A DNA stretch of 64,000 nucleotides from Patescibacteria group bacterium. GTDB taxonomy: Bacteria; Patescibacteriota; Patescibacteriia; UBA2591; JAQUPP01. Below, one piece after another: positions 36,787 through 46,329 of the stretch. Location of the stretch: positions 192,467 to 256,466 of the forward strand of contig JAQUPP010000001.1 of NCBI GenBank assembly GCA_028716665.1, written 5' to 3'. A model generated the notes under the pieces. It had not been told where the DNA came from. It saw only the letters and a list, made by a program, of their open reading frames with translations, and did no database searches. The first letter of the stretch is position 1. Every line of letters starts with the position of its first letter. The translations under genes and the position numbers were made by a program.

Positions 36787-38169
36787 ATGGAAACATTAGA
36801 TAAAAATCAACTTTGGCAAATAGTATTGGGTGATTTGGAATTGTCAATTTCAAAAGCCAATTTTAAAACTTGGCTTCAGAACACCCGCATTTCTCAAATA
36901 GAAGATAATGGAGAAACGGTAATTGTCAGCGTTCCGAATACTTTTACTCAAACTTGGCTGGAAAGAAAATATCATCGCGATATTTTAAAATCTCTTCAAG
37001 GAGCCACGGATGATAAAGTGAAAAAAGTTATTTATCGGGTGGAAACATCTCAATCAATAAAACCCAGTCAGCCATTGGCGATAGAATTGGAAGAACTGAA
37101 AGAAATCAGCACTCAAAAAGAATCGGAAACAAAAAATGAAACAAACAGCCATGGATTAAATCCAAAATATACTTTTGAAACTTTCATTGTCGGTTCAGGA
37201 AATGAATTGGCGAACGCGGCCAGTTTGGCGGCAGCAGGCCAACCGGGCAAAAAATACAATCCGCTTTTTATTTACGGCGGAGTCGGTTTGGGCAAGACTC
37301 ATCTTTTGCAAGCCATCGGTCATGTTATTTTGAAAAAAAATCCCAAAGTGAAATTTCTTTACACCAATGCCGAAAAATTCACCAATGAATTTATTCAGGC
37401 GGTGGGAAACGGATCAATGGATAAGTTCAGAAAAAATTATCGCAATTTGGATATTCTCTTGATAGATGATTTTCAATTTATGGCCGGCAAGGAAAGAACT
37501 CAAGAAGAATTTTTTCATACTTTCAATACTTTGTATCAAGACGGCCGTCAAATTGTCATAACTTCCGATCGGCCTCCCAAAGCCATCCCGGCCTTGGAAG
37601 ACAGATTAACTTCCCGCTTGGAATGGGGATTGATTGCCGATATTAACCCGCCGGACTTGGAAACAAGACTTGCCATTTTAAAAGCAAAATGCCAAGAAAA
37701 AAAATATGGCTTAAGCGAAGACGTCCTTCAATATTTGGCGGCTCAAATTCAAAGCAATATTCGTGAACTTGAAGGAGCTTTGAATAAAATCATGGCTTAT
37801 CATGAGCTTCATAAAATAGAATTGGATTTGCCGACGGTTAAAAATATTTTAGTCAGCTTAACCACTCAGCCCAAAAAGAGTTTTCTCCAACCCAAGCAAA
37901 TTATTGAAGCAGTGGCCAATTTTTACGGAATCAGAGTTGATGAAGTAACCGGCGATTCCCGCAAAAGAGAGTTGGTTGTTCCTCGCCAAATTTCAATGTT
38001 CTTAATGAGAGAAGAAATAGATGCGTCTTTTCCTTTAATCGGCAAGGCATTGGGTAATCGCGATCATACCACAGCCATGCACGCATACAGCAAAATCAAA
38101 CAAAGCGTTGCTGAAGGCGGAAGAGTCAAACAAGAAATAGATTTAATCAAACAAAGACTTTATAACTAA
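36787..38169 (+). CDS. dnaA: Chromosomal replication initiator DnaA
   Basis: The N-terminus LWQIVLGDLELSISKANFKTW is DnaA-like. AAA+ Walker A GGVGLGKTHLL is present, as is the C-terminal DNA-binding domain. Confidence 0.9.
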   Translation: METLDKNQLWQIVLGDLELSISKANFKTWLQNTRISQIEDNGETVIVSVPNTFTQTWLERKYHRDILKSLQGATDDKVKKVIYRVETSQSIKPSQPLAIELEELKEISTQKESETKNETNSHGLNPKYTFETFIVGSGNELANAASLAAAGQPGKKYNPLFIYGGVGLGKTHLLQAIGHVILKKNPKVKFLYTNAEKFTNEFIQAVGNGSMDKFRKNYRNLDILLIDDFQFMAGKERTQEEFFHTFNTLYQDGRQIVITSDRPPKAIPALEDRLTSRLEWGLIADINPPDLETRLAILKAKCQEKKYGLSEDVLQYLAAQIQSNIRELEGALNKIMAYHELHKIELDLPTVKNILVSLTTQPKKSFLQPKQIIEAVANFYGIRVDEVTGDSRKRELVVPRQISMFLMREEIDASFPLIGKALGNRDHTTAMHAYSKIKQSVAEGGRVKQEIDLIKQRLYN

Positions 38170-38271
38170 AAAGCTTTGTTGAAAATTATAGTTAGAAATT
38201 TAATCCGCCTTTTGGGCGGATTAAATTTTAGTATTGTCAGGTTTGGAAAACAATGTTAAACTGTAATTAAT

Positions 38272-40002
38272 ATGTTTAACTTAGATGATTTATTAAATCA
38301 ACAAACAAGTTCAAAAAAACCTCAGGTGGCGGAAGAAAATGAAGAAGAAAAACTTAAAGATAAGTTATCAGAAATCAGAATAAAAGAAAAAGAGGAAGAG
38401 GCTTCTCAAAAAGCATATCAATCCGGCGTGCCTTATATTAATTTAACCGGATTTCCAATTTCGCCCGAAGCGATAAGTTTGATTTCTTCTCAGGATGCGA
38501 TGAACTACAAAATTATTTGTTTTTATCGAACCGACAGAGAAGCGAAGATAGCTTCATATCAAGCGGAAGATGAAAATTTGGCCAAATTCAGGGAAAAAAT
38601 AGAAGGAGCTTTTGATTTAAAAACAGAGCTCTTTTTAGTTTCGGAAAACAGTTTTAATCTGGCTTATAAACTTTACAGTACTTTGCCAAAAATTACTCCT
38701 TCCATCAAGGGCGTTAAAATAACCGCCGAAGATATAGAAAATTTTAAATCAAAAATTAAAACCGTTAAAGATTTGAATCACGAAATTCAAAAAGTGAATA
38801 TTTCCGAGCTGGTCACCTTAGTGGTGGCTTCGGCCATTTCTTCTCGCGCTTCCGATATTCACATTGAGGCGGAAGAACATGATGTAAAAATAAGATTCAG
38901 AATTGACGGCGTCTTGATTGACGCGGCGGAAATTGATAAAAAATTATGGGAAAAAATTATTTCCCGCATCAAACTTCTTTCCAGTTTAAAAATCAATATC
39001 ACTGACCAGCCGCAAGATGGGAGATTTACAATTGATTTGGTTAAAGATAAAGTTGATGTCCGCGTTTCTTGTTTGCCCACGGCCTATGGAGAAAGCGTGG
39101 TAATGAGATTGTTGCGTTCATCAGTCGCGGAATTGAGTTTTGAAAATTTGGGATTAAGAGATTCCGCTTTTGAACTTTTAAAAAAAGAAGTGGAAAGACC
39201 AAATGGAATGATTGTCACCACCGGTCCGACCGGTTCCGGTAAAACCACCACTCTTTACGCTGTTTTAAATAAATTAAATAATCCGGGAACAAAAATAATC
39301 ACTTTGGAAGATCCGGTTGAATATCATTTAAAAGGCATAAATCAGAGTCAAATTGACATAACAAAAGATTATACCTTTGCCAAAGGTTTGCGCTCAATTC
39401 TGCGCCAAGATCCTGATGTGGTTATGGTAGGCGAAATTAGGGACCTGGAAACAGCGGAAATCGCCATTCAAGCGGCTTTAACCGGGCATCTGGTTATTTC
39501 CACCTTGCATACCAATGACGCGGCTGGCGCCATTCCCAGATTTTTCGCTTTGGGAGTCAAACCGTATCTTTTAACTCCGGCCATTAACGCCATTATCGGA
39601 CAGCGATTGGTCAGAAAAATTTGTCAAAAATGCAGAGAAGAAATAACTTTGGAACCAACGGTCTTGGAAAGAGTGAAAAAGATTTTATCAGAACTGCCTC
39701 AAGAAGAAAAAAAGAAAATTAATTTTCCAGAAGATATAAATCAGCCATGGACTCCCAAATTTTATCAAAGCAAAGGATGTCCGGAGTGCCAAGGATTGGG
39801 ATATTTCGGCCGACTCGGCATTTATGAAATTTTTACCATGAATCCGGCGATTGAAGAAAGTATTTCAAAAGGAGAAATTTCTGAATATAAAATAAAAGAA
39901 TTGGCTCAAAAACAAGGAATGGTTACTATGGTTCAAGACGGTTTATTAAAGGCCTTGGATGGCATCACTTCTGTTGAAGAAGTGTTCAGGGTTATTGAAT
40001 AA
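38272..40002 (+). CDS. pilB: Type IV pilus / type II secretion assembly ATPase (PilB/GspE family)
   Basis: Walker A GPTGSGKTTTLYA, His box, Walker B DPDVVMVGEIRD and a C-terminal Cys tetrad CQKC...CPEC are present. Confidence 0.85.
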   Translation: MFNLDDLLNQQTSSKKPQVAEENEEEKLKDKLSEIRIKEKEEEASQKAYQSGVPYINLTGFPISPEAISLISSQDAMNYKIICFYRTDREAKIASYQAEDENLAKFREKIEGAFDLKTELFLVSENSFNLAYKLYSTLPKITPSIKGVKITAEDIENFKSKIKTVKDLNHEIQKVNISELVTLVVASAISSRASDIHIEAEEHDVKIRFRIDGVLIDAAEIDKKLWEKIISRIKLLSSLKINITDQPQDGRFTIDLVKDKVDVRVSCLPTAYGESVVMRLLRSSVAELSFENLGLRDSAFELLKKEVERPNGMIVTTGPTGSGKTTTLYAVLNKLNNPGTKIITLEDPVEYHLKGINQSQIDITKDYTFAKGLRSILRQDPDVVMVGEIRDLETAEIAIQAALTGHLVISTLHTNDAAGAIPRFFALGVKPYLLTPAINAIIGQRLVRKICQKCREEITLEPTVLERVKKILSELPQEEKKKINFPEDINQPWTPKFYQSKGCPECQGLGYFGRLGIYEIFTMNPAIEESISKGEISEYKIKELAQKQGMVTMVQDGLLKALDGITSVEEVFRVIE

Positions 40003-40188
40003 AATTCCGCGAAATTTACCCTCACTCAACGCTCCAAAACTTTAAAAATTATAACCATTTTGCTTAACGAAAAATTCACAACTCCTCTCCCGACTATAGT
40101 GGGATCGTCAAACAGATGAATTTTTCTACAAAATTCTTTAATTTTTTAAAGCTTTTCCGCGACTTCGTTCAGGTAGATTTCGCTATTA

Positions 40189-41331
40189 GTGATTATTAAT
40201 TATTTTATTAAAATTATGAGAGATCAAAATTTAGACAGAATGGAAAGGCAAGAAGAGAAAGATGTTGAAACAGAGAAAGTCAAAGAAATGGAAAAATTTC
40301 TTAAAACAATAGCCGAAAATTTGAGAGCGGAAGGAATTCCAGTTAATGATAATTGCAAGATTGACGAGAATAGTTTTAAAGAAATTTATTCTGAAGAAGA
40401 AATAAAAAATGATACGGAGAGAATAAATTTTTATAAATCAAAATGGAATCTTGAAGAACAGAAAAATCAAACAACCGGTGAAAAACTGGAAATGTTAACA
40501 ACTGCGATTTTTCATAAATTTCTTAAAGATAAATTTATTGTTGTCCGATCATCTGAGATAGATGACGTGGATAGAAAAGTTGATAATGTTATTATAAAGA
40601 AAGGAACCAACGAGGAAGAGATTTTTGGGCTCTTTGATGCAGTCGGAGATGTTACTGATCGCCGTTATAAAGAAAAGGTGGAAAAAATAATGGAAAGAAA
40701 TAAGAATGGCGCTTCTCTAAAATACGGTTTTTCTATGGATGAAAATGGAAAAATACAGCCAAAAGCCATTGATAATATTCCTCTTTTTTACCTTGCCCTC
40801 CCCGAGAAACAACTAGAAGAAGGAATTAAAAATTTTGAATTTAATTCTACCTCTGAATACGAAAAGAAATTATTTGAATATTTTATTCTCAGCATTGAAA
40901 CTCAAATGAAGGGTCTGGAATTAAGAAGAGACATAAATCCAAAGTGCCAGGAAAAATTAAAATTTCTTAAAGAATCCTTAGAAGATGTTTTTAAAAAAGA
41001 ACGTCTTCAAAAAGAATTAGATAGCATGTTTGAAGATGATATGCTAGAAATCTTTGAGATTTTTCCCCTAATAAAGCAAGGAGAAACTCTGAAAAAAAAC
41101 CTCTTAAAAGAAGCATTACAAGATAGGTTAGAATATTATATCAATCATATTTCTAGTACAATAGAGTCTGCTTCGCAAAAAGGATTTAAATTGGATACTA
41201 AAGAAACCCTACAAAAAATACATGAAAATCTCTTAAGCGTAGAGGATTTTAATAATGCTAAAAAAATAGAAGCACTGGCTAAAAAAGAAGGAATTGAATT
41301 AAAGCTTCCAGAAGGAAATAAGCAGGTTTAA
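40189..41331 (+). CDS. Hypothetical protein (380 aa)
   Basis: ORF with an alternative start MRDQN at 40216. Helical and acidic. Confidence 0.45.
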   Translation: MIINYFIKIMRDQNLDRMERQEEKDVETEKVKEMEKFLKTIAENLRAEGIPVNDNCKIDENSFKEIYSEEEIKNDTERINFYKSKWNLEEQKNQTTGEKLEMLTTAIFHKFLKDKFIVVRSSEIDDVDRKVDNVIIKKGTNEEEIFGLFDAVGDVTDRRYKEKVEKIMERNKNGASLKYGFSMDENGKIQPKAIDNIPLFYLALPEKQLEEGIKNFEFNSTSEYEKKLFEYFILSIETQMKGLELRRDINPKCQEKLKFLKESLEDVFKKERLQKELDSMFEDDMLEIFEIFPLIKQGETLKKNLLKEALQDRLEYYINHISSTIESASQKGFKLDTKETLQKIHENLLSVEDFNNAKKIEALAKKEGIELKLPEGNKQV

Positions 41332-41428
41332 ATATTCGTTGAAAATTAATTTTTTATCAGAGAATTTAAAGCCGATATTTTGCCGGCTTTTAATTCTATC
41401 CCACACCCAATGGCGACGTCTCTATTTA

Positions 41429-41548
41429 GTGAGCACTATAAACACTTGTGAATAGTTTGTAGAGTAGCAACAAAGCTTGTTTCCCCCTTAAACACTCCTT
41501 TAAACAGGTTCTAATAAATTTTTCTTAGCCACCCCATTAAAAAAACGA
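41429..41548 (+). repeat. ~120-bp direct repeat, copy A, downstream of the 40189 gene
   Basis: Shares ACACTTGTGAA..GTTTGTAG and AAACACTCCTTTAA..AACAGGTTCTAATAAATTTTTCTTAGCCACCCCA with copy B at 42619..42751. Each copy is followed by a different terminator hairpin. Confidence 0.6.
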
Positions 41549-41669
41549 GTTTAGACTCGTTTTTTTAATAGAGAAGTATTGACAAAAAATCATAATTATT
41601 GTTATAGTAATTATAGATAAATAATCAATCAAAAGATTGTTTCTTAAACAATCTTAATAAGGTAAATAT

Positions 41670-42527
41670 ATGGGTGAAACATTTAGATCTCAGGAAGCAT
41701 TAGAAATTAATCCAAATAAAACAACAATTAATAAATCAGAAAAAAAAGAAGGTCTAACTAAAGAAGAGGAACCAAGATACGGCGAAATATTATATGATAA
41801 ATCATTAGTTTTTCACGGTGTTGGTTTTGACCTAACTAGACTCCGTTCTATTTTAGAAAAGGGTATTTTGTCAGAACAGGCAGCTCAAGCGAAGGGGTTA
41901 GAATTAACAAGAAATTTTGGCGGTTATAACCTGAGCGATAGTGTTTCCGTAGCGGAATCACCGGCAATAAATAATTCATTTACTTTCGGATGTTTTAATA
42001 ATTATATCAAGGGTGGAATTAGTTTTGTTATTGCGGACGAACATGCATTTAAAGCACCCAAAGGATCTTCGCAAGATAGTGGCTATCTAGATGAGGCATT
42101 TATTAAGCATGAGGTGGAAAGAAAAAATATAACTGGTGTTATGGTGCCTGCTGATTTACTAGATGCACCACTTGCAGATTTACCTTTAAATCTTGCCGAA
42201 ATGGGTTACAATTATACAGATAAACGCTGTAAAAAAATAATAAGCGATTTAGAAACCGAAACTGGATACCGATCTGATACCACAGAATTGGAAAAACTTA
42301 TAGAAAAGAAAGAAGAACTTGAGAACCAAGAAATTGATTATTTTGAAAAAGACAAACAAAGAAAAGATATTTTTGCACAAATGGAAAAATCTATGTCCCA
42401 ATATGTAGAGCAAGCATTTTCGCAAAAACTTGGGATTGATCATCCAACTTTGAAAGATGTCCTTAAGCTATATTTACCAAAATCAATGAAGATTTATAAT
42501 TCAGATGGGTTTGATATTTCTCTTTGA
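41670..42527 (+). CDS. Hypothetical protein (285 aa)
   Basis: AGGTAA RBS and a TTGACA-N17-TTATAG promoter. Preceded by the conserved leader hairpin. Confidence 0.5.
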   Translation: MGETFRSQEALEINPNKTTINKSEKKEGLTKEEEPRYGEILYDKSLVFHGVGFDLTRLRSILEKGILSEQAAQAKGLELTRNFGGYNLSDSVSVAESPAINNSFTFGCFNNYIKGGISFVIADEHAFKAPKGSSQDSGYLDEAFIKHEVERKNITGVMVPADLLDAPLADLPLNLAEMGYNYTDKRCKKIISDLETETGYRSDTTELEKLIEKKEELENQEIDYFEKDKQRKDIFAQMEKSMSQYVEQAFSQKLGIDHPTLKDVLKLYLPKSMKIYNSDGFDISL

Positions 42528-42618
42528 AAAAATTTGCCACCAAAGAAAAACTTAAGAATTAAGAAATAGTGAGACGGAATTTTTAGAGTAAAATAATAAA
42601 TCAAGCAAATCTGACCCT

Positions 42619-42751
42619 GTGTAGTGAACACTTGTGAACGGTTTGTAGGGTTTTACCAATTAACGACAAACTGGGAATGACCCATTTCCCCTCTCAAACA
42701 CTCCTTTAATTCCCTTAAACAGGTTCTAATAAATTTTTCTTAGCCACCCCA
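42619..42751 (+). repeat. ~130-bp direct repeat, copy B
   Basis: See copy A. It contains an internal duplication of CTCCTTTAA..CTTAAACAGG. Confidence 0.6.
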
Positions 42752-42824
42752 GGGGAAACAAAAAAATCTCTGTTTAACAGAGATTTTTTTGTTTTAATTT
42801 TTATCAAAGTCTCAAAAATAAAAT

Positions 42825-43490
42825 TTAAAAATCAGAATATTTTTCCCAGTATTTGTAAAATAATTCATTATTTTTTCTTATTCTCTTGGCGATTGTAGGG
42901 GGTGTAATTTCAGAAAATTTACCAAAATAATAATTCCAAATTTCTTTTTTTGAAGGGTTACTTAAAAGAAATTTAACGTGTTTCCAATGAAAAGATTGAA
43001 TAAAAATAAGGATTTTGGGGTTATTTTTAATTTTATATTTTTTAAGAATTAAATGAATATGGTTTGCCATAATTCGTTCCCGAAGGTAAATATAGACCCA
43101 CCATAACCAATTTTTAGTCGCGCAGGGATACATATTATACCACACTTCAAAAAAATCGGCACGTAATTCTTGTGGACCATCGACATTATAAAGCAAAATA
43201 TCATGGCCGTCGTGCCACAGCCGCTCTATATTTTCAAATGTTTTCACCATCGAAAGCGCGTACCGAAATTCACGCGACACTTCTTTCAAATTTTTTTTAA
43301 TAATCGAGACCTTCCTGAATGGTTTGTTTTTACAGTCATACTTATTAAATATACTTTCAGGGTTCCCATCTTTTTCCGGTTGCTCAAAAATAATAATATC
43401 CGGTTTATATTTTAAAACCGCCCGGGCCTGACGAAGATCTACTCTGTTTTGTTCGCGACAATTGAATTGATGAAATTTAGGCTTTATCAT
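42825..43490 (-). CDS. Hypothetical protein (221 aa)
   Basis: ORF with no recognisable motif. Confidence 0.45.
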   Translation of the reverse strand: MIKPKFHQFNCREQNRVDLRQARAVLKYKPDIIIFEQPEKDGNPESIFNKYDCKNKPFRKVSIIKKNLKEVSREFRYALSMVKTFENIERLWHDGHDILLYNVDGPQELRADFFEVWYNMYPCATKNWLWWVYIYLRERIMANHIHLILKKYKIKNNPKILIFIQSFHWKHVKFLLSNPSKKEIWNYYFGKFSEITPPTIAKRIRKNNELFYKYWEKYSDF

Positions 43491-43531
43491 TTTTTAAATT
43501 TATCAGTTAAATTTTTTAAGAATAGTCTAAA

Positions 43532-45802
43532 TTAATTTTTTAGCGTTACCTTGGTCAATTTCTCAATTAAATCTTTTAATTCCGGATTTGTTGATGTTTT
43601 TTTGTCTTCTGACTCAAGATTATAATCAACGATTTCTTTAAAAGTGATTTTCTGTTCCATTCTCCAATTTCTGATTTTTATGACCAGATTTTTTATTTTT
43701 TCAAATTCTTCTTCCGAGGCCGGGTTGATAAGTTCTTTGTCAATCTCTGGCCATTTTGCGATTATCAGCAAATCATTATTTTGTTTCAAGCCGGTCAATT
43801 GGCCGTAAATTTCCTCGGTAACAAACGGGATAAACGGATGGAGAAGTTTCAGTAAATTCAAAATGGCGGATTTTAGAATAAAGACTGTATTGTTTTGCGT
43901 TTCCGGATTTTCATTTTGGAATTTTGATATTTCCAAATACCAATCAGCGAACTCATGCCAAGTAAATTCATAAAGTTCTTTAGCCGCTTCGCCGAGTTCG
44001 TATTTTTCTATTTTTTTCGTGATTGAATCCGTAAGAGAACTCATTCGCGAGAGAATCCATTGGTCAGCCAATGTTATAGGCTTTAAGGATGAAATGGAAT
44101 CAGATTTATTTTCTTCGCATTTCATTTGAATAAAGCGACTTATATTCCAGAGTTTATTGATGAAATTTTTTGATGAAATTAAAGATCTCTCGTCAAAACG
44201 AACCGCTTGTTGATCATGATTTATTTGGAGAATCAAACCGAAGCGAGTCGCATCAGCGCCGTATTTTTCAATCAGCACCAAGGGATCAATGCCTGTACCC
44301 AATGATTTGGACATTCGTTTCCCGTCCAAAGCGAGAATTGTGGGGTGGATATAAACTTCTTTAAACGGCACTTCGCCCATAAATTCAATTCCGGAAAAAA
44401 TCATGCGCGTAATCCAAAGATGCAAAATATCTCTGGCTGAAGTGATCACATTTGAGGGATAAAATTTTTTTAAATCTTCAGTTTGTTTTGGCCAGCCCAA
44501 AGTGGCGAAAGGCCAGAGAGCGGAAGAAAACCAAGTATCAAAAGTGTTTGAATTGCCTTCCATGGGAATATTGTGCCCCCACCAAATTTGGCGAGAAATG
44601 CACCAATCGCGAATATTTTTCAGCCATTCTTCGGCGATTTTTTTCCATCGTTCAGGTTTGTAAACCACTTCATTTTTTTCTATGGCTGTTAAAACTTTTT
44701 CAGCCAAAAGTTTTGTCTTTAAAAACCATTGTTTTGAAAGCATTGGTTCCACCGTAGAACCGCAGCGATAGCATTTGGCCACATTATGAGTTATCTCTTC
44801 TTCTTTAACCAATAATCCCAGTTCTTTCAATTTACTGATTACCAACTCTCGCGCTTCAATAATTTTTTTGCCGTTAAATTCATCATTAACATTGATAATT
44901 TTTCCGATTTCATTGATTACTTTGATAAATTTTAAATTATGGCGTTCGCCAGTGTCACTGTCAGCCATGTCGTGAGCCGGCGTAATTTTTACCGCTCCGG
45001 TGCCAAAATCTTTGTCCACCATTTGATCGGCGATAATCGGCACTTCGCGATTTATAATCGGCACGATTACTGTTTGGCCGATTAATTTTTTATAGCGCAA
45101 ATCAGCCGGATTTACGGCCACGGCCGTGTCTCCGAGCATTGTTTCCGGACGGGTGGTGGCCACTTCAATAAAATCATTTGAATCTTTAATCGGATATTTA
45201 ATATGCCAAAGTTTGCCTTTTTCTTCCACGTATTCCAATTCCAAATCAGAAAGCGCGGTTTGATCTTTAATGCACCAATTAATCACTTTTTCGCCCTGGT
45301 AAATCATGCCTTTTTCCAAATAATGTTCAAAGGCTTTTTTGACCGCTGCTTGATAATTTTCATCCATGGTGAAACGGGTGCGGCTCCAATCCAATGAACA
45401 ACCCAATTGTTTAAGCTGATTTAAAATTATGTCGCCGTATTTTTCCCGCCATTCCCAAATTTTTTCCAAAAATTTTTCCTTGCCCAAATCAATGCGGGTT
45501 AAATTTTGTTTTTTTAAATCTTTCTCCACTACATTTTGAGTGGCAATGCCGGCGTGATCCGTGCCCGGGAGCCAAAGAGTTTTAAATCCTTTCATTCTGT
45601 AATGGCGAATTAAAATATCGGAAATGGTATTCTCCAAGGCATGACCCATATGAAGAGAACCGGTGATGTTTGGCGGAGCAATCATTATGCTGTAGGCTTC
45701 TCCATCTTGGTTAGGTAAATTATCCGGATTAAAAAAACCGCTCTCTTCCCAGAGTTTATAAATTTTTGATTCGTATTTTTTTGGTTCGTAAGCCGATTCC
45801 AT
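43532..45802 (-). CDS. valS: Valyl-tRNA synthetase, short form
   Basis: HIGH-type PPNITGSLHMGHAL and KMSKSLGTGIDP are present. Length is 756 aa and the C-terminal coiled coil is absent. Confidence 0.9.
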   Translation of the reverse strand: MESAYEPKKYESKIYKLWEESGFFNPDNLPNQDGEAYSIMIAPPNITGSLHMGHALENTISDILIRHYRMKGFKTLWLPGTDHAGIATQNVVEKDLKKQNLTRIDLGKEKFLEKIWEWREKYGDIILNQLKQLGCSLDWSRTRFTMDENYQAAVKKAFEHYLEKGMIYQGEKVINWCIKDQTALSDLELEYVEEKGKLWHIKYPIKDSNDFIEVATTRPETMLGDTAVAVNPADLRYKKLIGQTVIVPIINREVPIIADQMVDKDFGTGAVKITPAHDMADSDTGERHNLKFIKVINEIGKIINVNDEFNGKKIIEARELVISKLKELGLLVKEEEITHNVAKCYRCGSTVEPMLSKQWFLKTKLLAEKVLTAIEKNEVVYKPERWKKIAEEWLKNIRDWCISRQIWWGHNIPMEGNSNTFDTWFSSALWPFATLGWPKQTEDLKKFYPSNVITSARDILHLWITRMIFSGIEFMGEVPFKEVYIHPTILALDGKRMSKSLGTGIDPLVLIEKYGADATRFGLILQINHDQQAVRFDERSLISSKNFINKLWNISRFIQMKCEENKSDSISSLKPITLADQWILSRMSSLTDSITKKIEKYELGEAAKELYEFTWHEFADWYLEISKFQNENPETQNNTVFILKSAILNLLKLLHPFIPFVTEEIYGQLTGLKQNNDLLIIAKWPEIDKELINPASEEEFEKIKNLVIKIRNWRMEQKITFKEIVDYNLESEDKKTSTNPELKDLIEKLTKVTLKN

Positions 45803-45806
45803 AAAT

Positions 45807-46253
45807 CTACAAATTATTATTTACGGTTATTATTCTTTCGTTTTTCTTTTTTCCCAATTTAAGTTTAATGGTTATTGTATCTTTTGGCAAGATATTTTTA
45901 ACTCGTTCGGCCCATTCAATAACGGTTACAGTATTCGGTTTAGCCGACCAATCTTTTACTCCAATATTAATTAAATCTTGACCGGAATTTAGTCGGTAAG
46001 CGTCAATATGGCATATTTTTAAAGATTTAACAGAATATATTTTCATCACCACAAAAGTCGGACTGGTAATATGTTTTTTAATACCCAACTCAGCGGCAAT
46101 TCCCTTGATTAAAACTGTTTTGCCGCTGCCCAATTCTCCGTTTAAAGCCAAAACTTCGCCGCCAACAAGTTTTTTGGCTATTTTTTTGCCCAAATTAAGG
46201 GTTTGTTTCTCAGAATGGGTGATAATCTTTTTCATTACAATAATATAGCACAA
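45807..46253 (-). CDS. tsaE: tRNA t6A biosynthesis ATPase TsaE (YjeE)
   Basis: LNGELGSGKTVLIKGIA P-loop. Length is 148 aa. It lies 4 nt downstream of valS. Confidence 0.8.
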   Translation of the reverse strand: MCYIIVMKKIITHSEKQTLNLGKKIAKKLVGGEVLALNGELGSGKTVLIKGIAAELGIKKHITSPTFVVMKIYSVKSLKICHIDAYRLNSGQDLINIGVKDWSAKPNTVTVIEWAERVKNILPKDTITIKLKLGKKKNERIITVNNNL

Positions 46254-46286
46254 ACTTGATATTCTTTCAAGCGGGTTGACATTTTT

Positions 46287-46320
46287 AGGCCTTAAACTAT
46301 ACTAAATAAGCTAATATTTA
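46287..46320 (+). promoter_or_regulatory. Promoter GGG-TTGACA-N16-TATACT
   Basis: gggTTGACAtttttaggccttaaacTATACT. Confidence 0.4.
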
Positions 46321-46329
46321 ACCTATTTT

